From Paraphysomonas bandaiensis (taxonomy: Eukaryota > Protista > Chrysophyceae): DNA of 64,000 bases. Shown one piece after another: positions 60,265-64,000 of the stretch; within the stretch, counting starts at the first letter, position 1, and every line of letters begins with the position of its first letter. The DNA lies in NCBI GenBank assembly GCA_965644295.1, contig CBFFRP010000375.1:28611-92610 (forward strand), in the 5' to 3' direction. The notes below the pieces were generated by a model that was not told where the DNA came from, did not search any database, and saw only the letters and a list, made by a program, of their open reading frames with translations. Made by a program: the position numbers and the translations under genes.

Positions 60265-60904
60265 TGTAACTTTTCTGTGCCCGCAGATGACTCACAAACC
60301 GTGACTCAACTCTGAATGGACCAAGAAAAGATGATCTCTTGTCTAAACTCTACAACCCACCAAAATAGTATCCGCCAGCGGGCTGCGATACTGTCCAGGG
60401 CGCAACGACGGGCGCACTGCCAGAAACACTAACAAACCGTAGGTGCTCTTTAAGAAAAGTAAATTATAAAGTCAGCGACAAGAATGAGCAAACACCCATC
60501 TCGTTCAACGTAGATCAACACTACACTACGATCAACACTTCACACTCGAAAAACAATATTCACGTACTAAAACCAATATTCACATACGAAAACTTCGACT
60601 ATCTACGAAATCACGTATTTTGTACTAAAACTTCGAAGTTCTGGACTTCAGTCCAAATCAAATGTGAATCGCCGTCAGAAACTGAAAAACGTATCTCAGC
60701 TACTAAACTGAAAGCCTCGAATGTCGTAAACTGATAAAGGTAAGTCCCAAATACAGTGAATATACCCTGTATATGACAACCTCTATATGCATATGTATAC
60801 CATATATATACCATATACTGCTCCAGATATATACGATATATACACACTATATACAGCACAGTATTCTATATACAAATACACGCAGTGTATACTGCTGCGT
60901 GACA
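60265..60904 (-). repeat. 3' LTR, 640 bp
   Basis: TGTCAC...GTTACA termini; follows the PPT; the host intron breaks at 60264/60265. Confidence 0.88.
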
Positions 60905-60930
60905 CTACCCTCTTTTTCCTTCCAACGGAT

Positions 60931-61001
60931 AAGAGATTCCGGAAATTAGGAAAATTCTAAATTAAGAGATTCCGGAAATTAGGAAAATTCTAAATTAAGA
61001 G
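60931..61001. repeat. 2 x 33-bp tandem duplication between the pol stop and the PPT
   Basis: AAGAGATTCCGGAAATTAGGAAAATTCTAAATT occurs twice. Confidence 0.9.
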
Positions 61002-64000
61002 AGGATATTGGGAAATTTGGCACAGAAGGCGGAGTCTACCAGAACCATGGTGTCAGGGTTAAAATCTCGTGTAGTTCCATAGTTCTGGACATCATAGGCT
61101 GACCATTCAAAAGTAGAGTTAAAGAGAGAACAATACACATCAATAGTGATCCTTTTGCGGCCCGCCCAACGCTTATAGACACATTGAACTACATAAAGAG
61201 TATCATATGCATTAGGTAATTCTAAAGCGTCATAGAAGTCTGCACCCCACGCTCGAAGATTAACAAAGACAACGTCTCCAGGTATCACAGTGGATATAAC
61301 ACACTTCTTGAGTTTAGTCTTCTGTTGCACTGCTTCCTTTGCAGAAAAACGTAAGGGAAACAATTCAGGGACACTGAAAATATATTCATGAAAAGCTTCA
61401 CTTGTCGCAAGATCAGTAGAGTATGGCATCCACAACAACGATTGATCGGAGAAGAGAACTCTGAAATCCATAGTAGTTCTTTTTTCGGGGTCCCCTCTAT
61501 AAGCCACCACTTTGTCAAGAGAAAATTGCCTATAGTCAATCATTGCTATGCGAAAAGCCTCCTCCTTGCTACCAAAGAATGGCTTCAACCAAGACATATG
61601 TAACGTCACATCAAACCGCATTACTAAATGAGTACAAATAACATCGGCCTTGTACGTGGATACTACTTCATACGGTCCTTTGAATCGAGGATATAATTTG
61701 GACGGCTTATGTTTCGTTACATCCAGTTTAAACAAAACAAGCTGGCCTGGTTGATATTGAGTCATTTTCTCTGCTGGGGTTTTGGACATACGTTTATTCT
61801 GAATTTTCTTCTGAACTTCACACGCAATTTTCCTGATAGCTTTAAGGTTATCATTGAAATTGGAAATATAAGTCGAAGAAGCAAATTCATCTGAAGAACT
61901 GTCAGGGATATGAAAATACTTTGAATCCATTGTTCCAAACGTAAACTCAAAAGGTGAAAGACCCGTCTCACTTGAAATTTCATCGTTGAGAATAAATTGT
62001 ATCAACAAATAGCATTCTGGGTCACTCCAATTTTCTAATCTTTCGTCATGAACCAATGCACTAAGAAAACGCAATAATTCCCGATTACTTCGTTCCACCA
62101 TGTTGGACTCATGTCTATTCACTAACGACATTCTAAAACGGACTCCAAACCATTTCAGGAGTAACTGAACAACCCTAGCTGTGATATTCGAACCTGGATC
62201 CGATACCATCACTTCAGAAATTCCATATGTGACAAAGTAACTGAACAAAGCACGTGCCACTCCCTCTGCTGAGTAATTACGAGCTGGATATATTCCTACT
62301 AGGCGAGATGGTAATTGTTTCACCACATGAATACAACAATAACCATTAGCATCTACCGGAGTAACAGTCAATGTATCGAAACCCACAAAATGTCTGCAAT
62401 TATCAAGATTTAATGCTCTTATCGGTGCTTGCAACGATGTACTCATATCATAACCTAACTTTTGACAAATAGGACATCGATCAATAAAATCTTGGATAAT
62501 TTCTGTTGTCAAGGTATGACCCGGAAATACCTTACTAAGTTTCAACCATGTTCTCTTAGCTCCGTGATGACCCATTCTACCATTGTGTACTAGATCAAAA
62601 GCTTCTTTTAGAGACTTTGGCTGTAAATTCTGACTAGCTAACTCATCCAAGGCTTTGACTAGTTCCTCTGGGAATTCTGAAACACAAGCAAGATCATCTG
62701 CCTCCGCTGACAACATACCACTCTCATCATACATAAAAAGTTGGTCTTCCGACAACAGACTAGAATTCTCATACTCCACTCCTAGACACAATTCAATATC
62801 TGAACATGAATCTTCAAGACAAAGATCTAACAACATGACACAAGAAGCTGCTCTCTCCTGTCCCATTCTTGATAACCAATCCGCGAAACGATTTAGTTTA
62901 CCTTTGAAATGTAACAAATCCATATCAAAGTTTTGCATGAACATTCTCATTCGAACTATTCGGTCAACCACTGAAATTTCCATCCACTTTAGATTTGCAT
63001 GATCCGTCATAATCGTAAAGTGTTTTCCTCTCAAGTAGTACGACAACTTAAAGATAGAATAGAATATTCCAAAACATTCCTTGTCTATAGTTGACCATTT
63101 GAAAGCAAGATCTGAAAATTTTTTAGAAACCATAGCTATGACCTGAAAAATCTCCTCGTTGTTCTCATTAATAAAAATCTGAATAAGAACACCACCACAT
63201 GCATACTCAGACGCATCAGTCATTAAAATCCACCTGAGATTATAATCTGGATGGTATAGCATCATTGAACGCAAAATAGCTTCCTTAAAAACCTCAAACT
63301 CATGACGATAATCAACTTTCCAAGTACTCTCATCCCAGTTGAAACCCTTTCTAGTTGTATCGTTCAAGTAATGAGTCAAATCACTGTACAGAGGAATAAA
63401 CGGCTTGAAGTAAATCGCCGCTCCTAGAAACCGCTGCATCTCTCTAGTCTTATTCTTGCCTTCTGGAAACGGAATTGACGTCACTGCACTTTTACGCTGA
63501 TCCGTTAGACAATATGTATTATCCTTACAAAGATATCCGAAGAACTCAACTGAAGAAAATCCAAACTTACTTTTTGACAACTTTAACACAATGTTATAAT
63601 ATTTGCACTTCTCAATGACCAACTTCAATTTCTGAAATGCATCCTCATAATCATATGCAAGTAACAATAGATTGTCGAAAATTACAACCATCCACTCCGA
63701 GTATTCAGCAAAGACATCATAAACTATTTGCATTAGAACACCACTAGCCGGAGAGACACCTTCTGGAAGAAACATTGGCTCAAATTGGCCCCATGGGGTC
63801 TGAACTGACAACAACGCTGATGTTTCATTGTGTAATCTTATACCATGGAACGCATTGCATATATCAAGATCAACAAAGATTTTATATCCTACCGCTTTAT
63901 GTAACTCGGTAATCACATCAGGGATCGGATAATGCGGTGAAAGAATCTCCTTATTAATCCTTCTATAGTCTCCACAAATTCTGATGAAAGGTTTCGTTGC
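60995..64000 (-). CDS. Gypsy pol (RT, RNase H, integrase, chromodomain, C-terminal extension); 5'-partial
   Basis: RICGDY, DLDICNAFH, VIFDN, VEFFGY; TDAS, DKEC, TDH, ADWLSR; H..GHHG..CPICQ, GFD/SDPGS/VER, KGPY; chromodomain-like FSLDKVVAYR...FRVLFSD...WMP. Confidence 0.95.
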   Translation of the reverse strand, partial: ATKPFIRICGDYRRINKEILSPHYPIPDVITELHKAVGYKIFVDLDICNAFHGIRLHNETSALLSVQTPWGQFEPMFLPEGVSPASGVLMQIVYDVFAEYSEWMVVIFDNLLLLAYDYEDAFQKLKLVIEKCKYYNIVLKLSKSKFGFSSVEFFGYLCKDNTYCLTDQRKSAVTSIPFPEGKNKTREMQRFLGAAIYFKPFIPLYSDLTHYLNDTTRKGFNWDESTWKVDYRHEFEVFKEAILRSMMLYHPDYNLRWILMTDASEYACGGVLIQIFINENNEEIFQVIAMVSKKFSDLAFKWSTIDKECFGIFYSIFKLSYYLRGKHFTIMTDHANLKWMEISVVDRIVRMRMFMQNFDMDLLHFKGKLNRFADWLSRMGQERAASCVMLLDLCLEDSCSDIELCLGVEYENSSLLSEDQLFMYDESGMLSAEADDLACVSEFPEELVKALDELASQNLQPKSLKEAFDLVHNGRMGHHGAKRTWLKLSKVFPGHTLTTEIIQDFIDRCPICQKLGYDMSTSLQAPIRALNLDNCRHFVGFDTLTVTPVDANGYCCIHVVKQLPSRLVGIYPARNYSAEGVARALFSYFVTYGISEVMVSDPGSNITARVVQLLLKWFGVRFRMSLVNRHESNMVERSNRELLRFLSALVHDERLENWSDPECYLLIQFILNDEISSETGLSPFEFTFGTMDSKYFHIPDSSSDEFASSTYISNFNDNLKAIRKIACEVQKKIQNKRMSKTPAEKMTQYQPGQLVLFKLDVTKHKPSKLYPRFKGPYEVVSTYKADVICTHLVMRFDVTLHMSWLKPFFGSKEEAFRIAMIDYRQFSLDKVVAYRGDPEKRTTMDFRVLFSDQSLLWMPYSTDLATSEAFHEYIFSVPELFPLRFSAKEAVQQKTKLKKCVISTVIPGDVVFVNLRAWGADFYDALELPNAYDTLYVVQCVYKRWAGRKRITIDVYCSLFNSTFEWSAYDVQNYGTTRDFNPDTMVLVDSAFCAKFPNILS

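Larger units (their letters stand above)
60265..64000 (-). mobile_element. Young chromodomain-bearing Ty3/Gypsy element (3' part; continues past the window)
   Basis: 640-bp 3' LTR, PPT GGAAGGAAAAAGAGGGTAG (60923..60905), uninterrupted RT-RH-IN-chromodomain ORF. Confidence 0.95.

Overview
Eukaryotic genomic DNA: AT-rich, standard genetic code, short GT-AG introns. By inference from gene style it is a protist, possibly a stramenopile. Host genes are two inverted tRNA-Ile(AAT) copies, a HIG1/Rcf2-like protein, a mitochondrial carrier, a secreted fascin-GH5 glucanase, a METTL21-family methyltransferase, MCM9, a very large BEACH-family protein that appears to lack PH-BEACH-WD40, a PROSER3-like protein and TFIIS. 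About half the window is LTR retrotransposon: one complete young Copia nested in a decayed Gypsy, two 5'-truncated Copia elements, a young chromodomain Gypsy running off the window end, solo or partial LTRs and a Tc1/IS630 relic. Most notable: (1) both Gypsy RTs carry IFDN instead of the catalytic YxDD; (2) one Copia 3'UTR holds a 28-unit array of alternating 63/66-bp hairpins, each followed by an ANANNA-type box; (3) two Copia insertions have a precise 3'-LTR end, a truncated 5' end and giant (114 bp and ~795 bp) flanking host duplications; (4) four fold-back inverted duplications of TE-like DNA; (5) a covarying RNA structure shared by three diverged Gypsy LTRs; (6) a Copia group with TA-ending LTRs and a shared uncharacterised domain after integrase. 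All alignments were done by eye; coordinates marked ~ are approximate.
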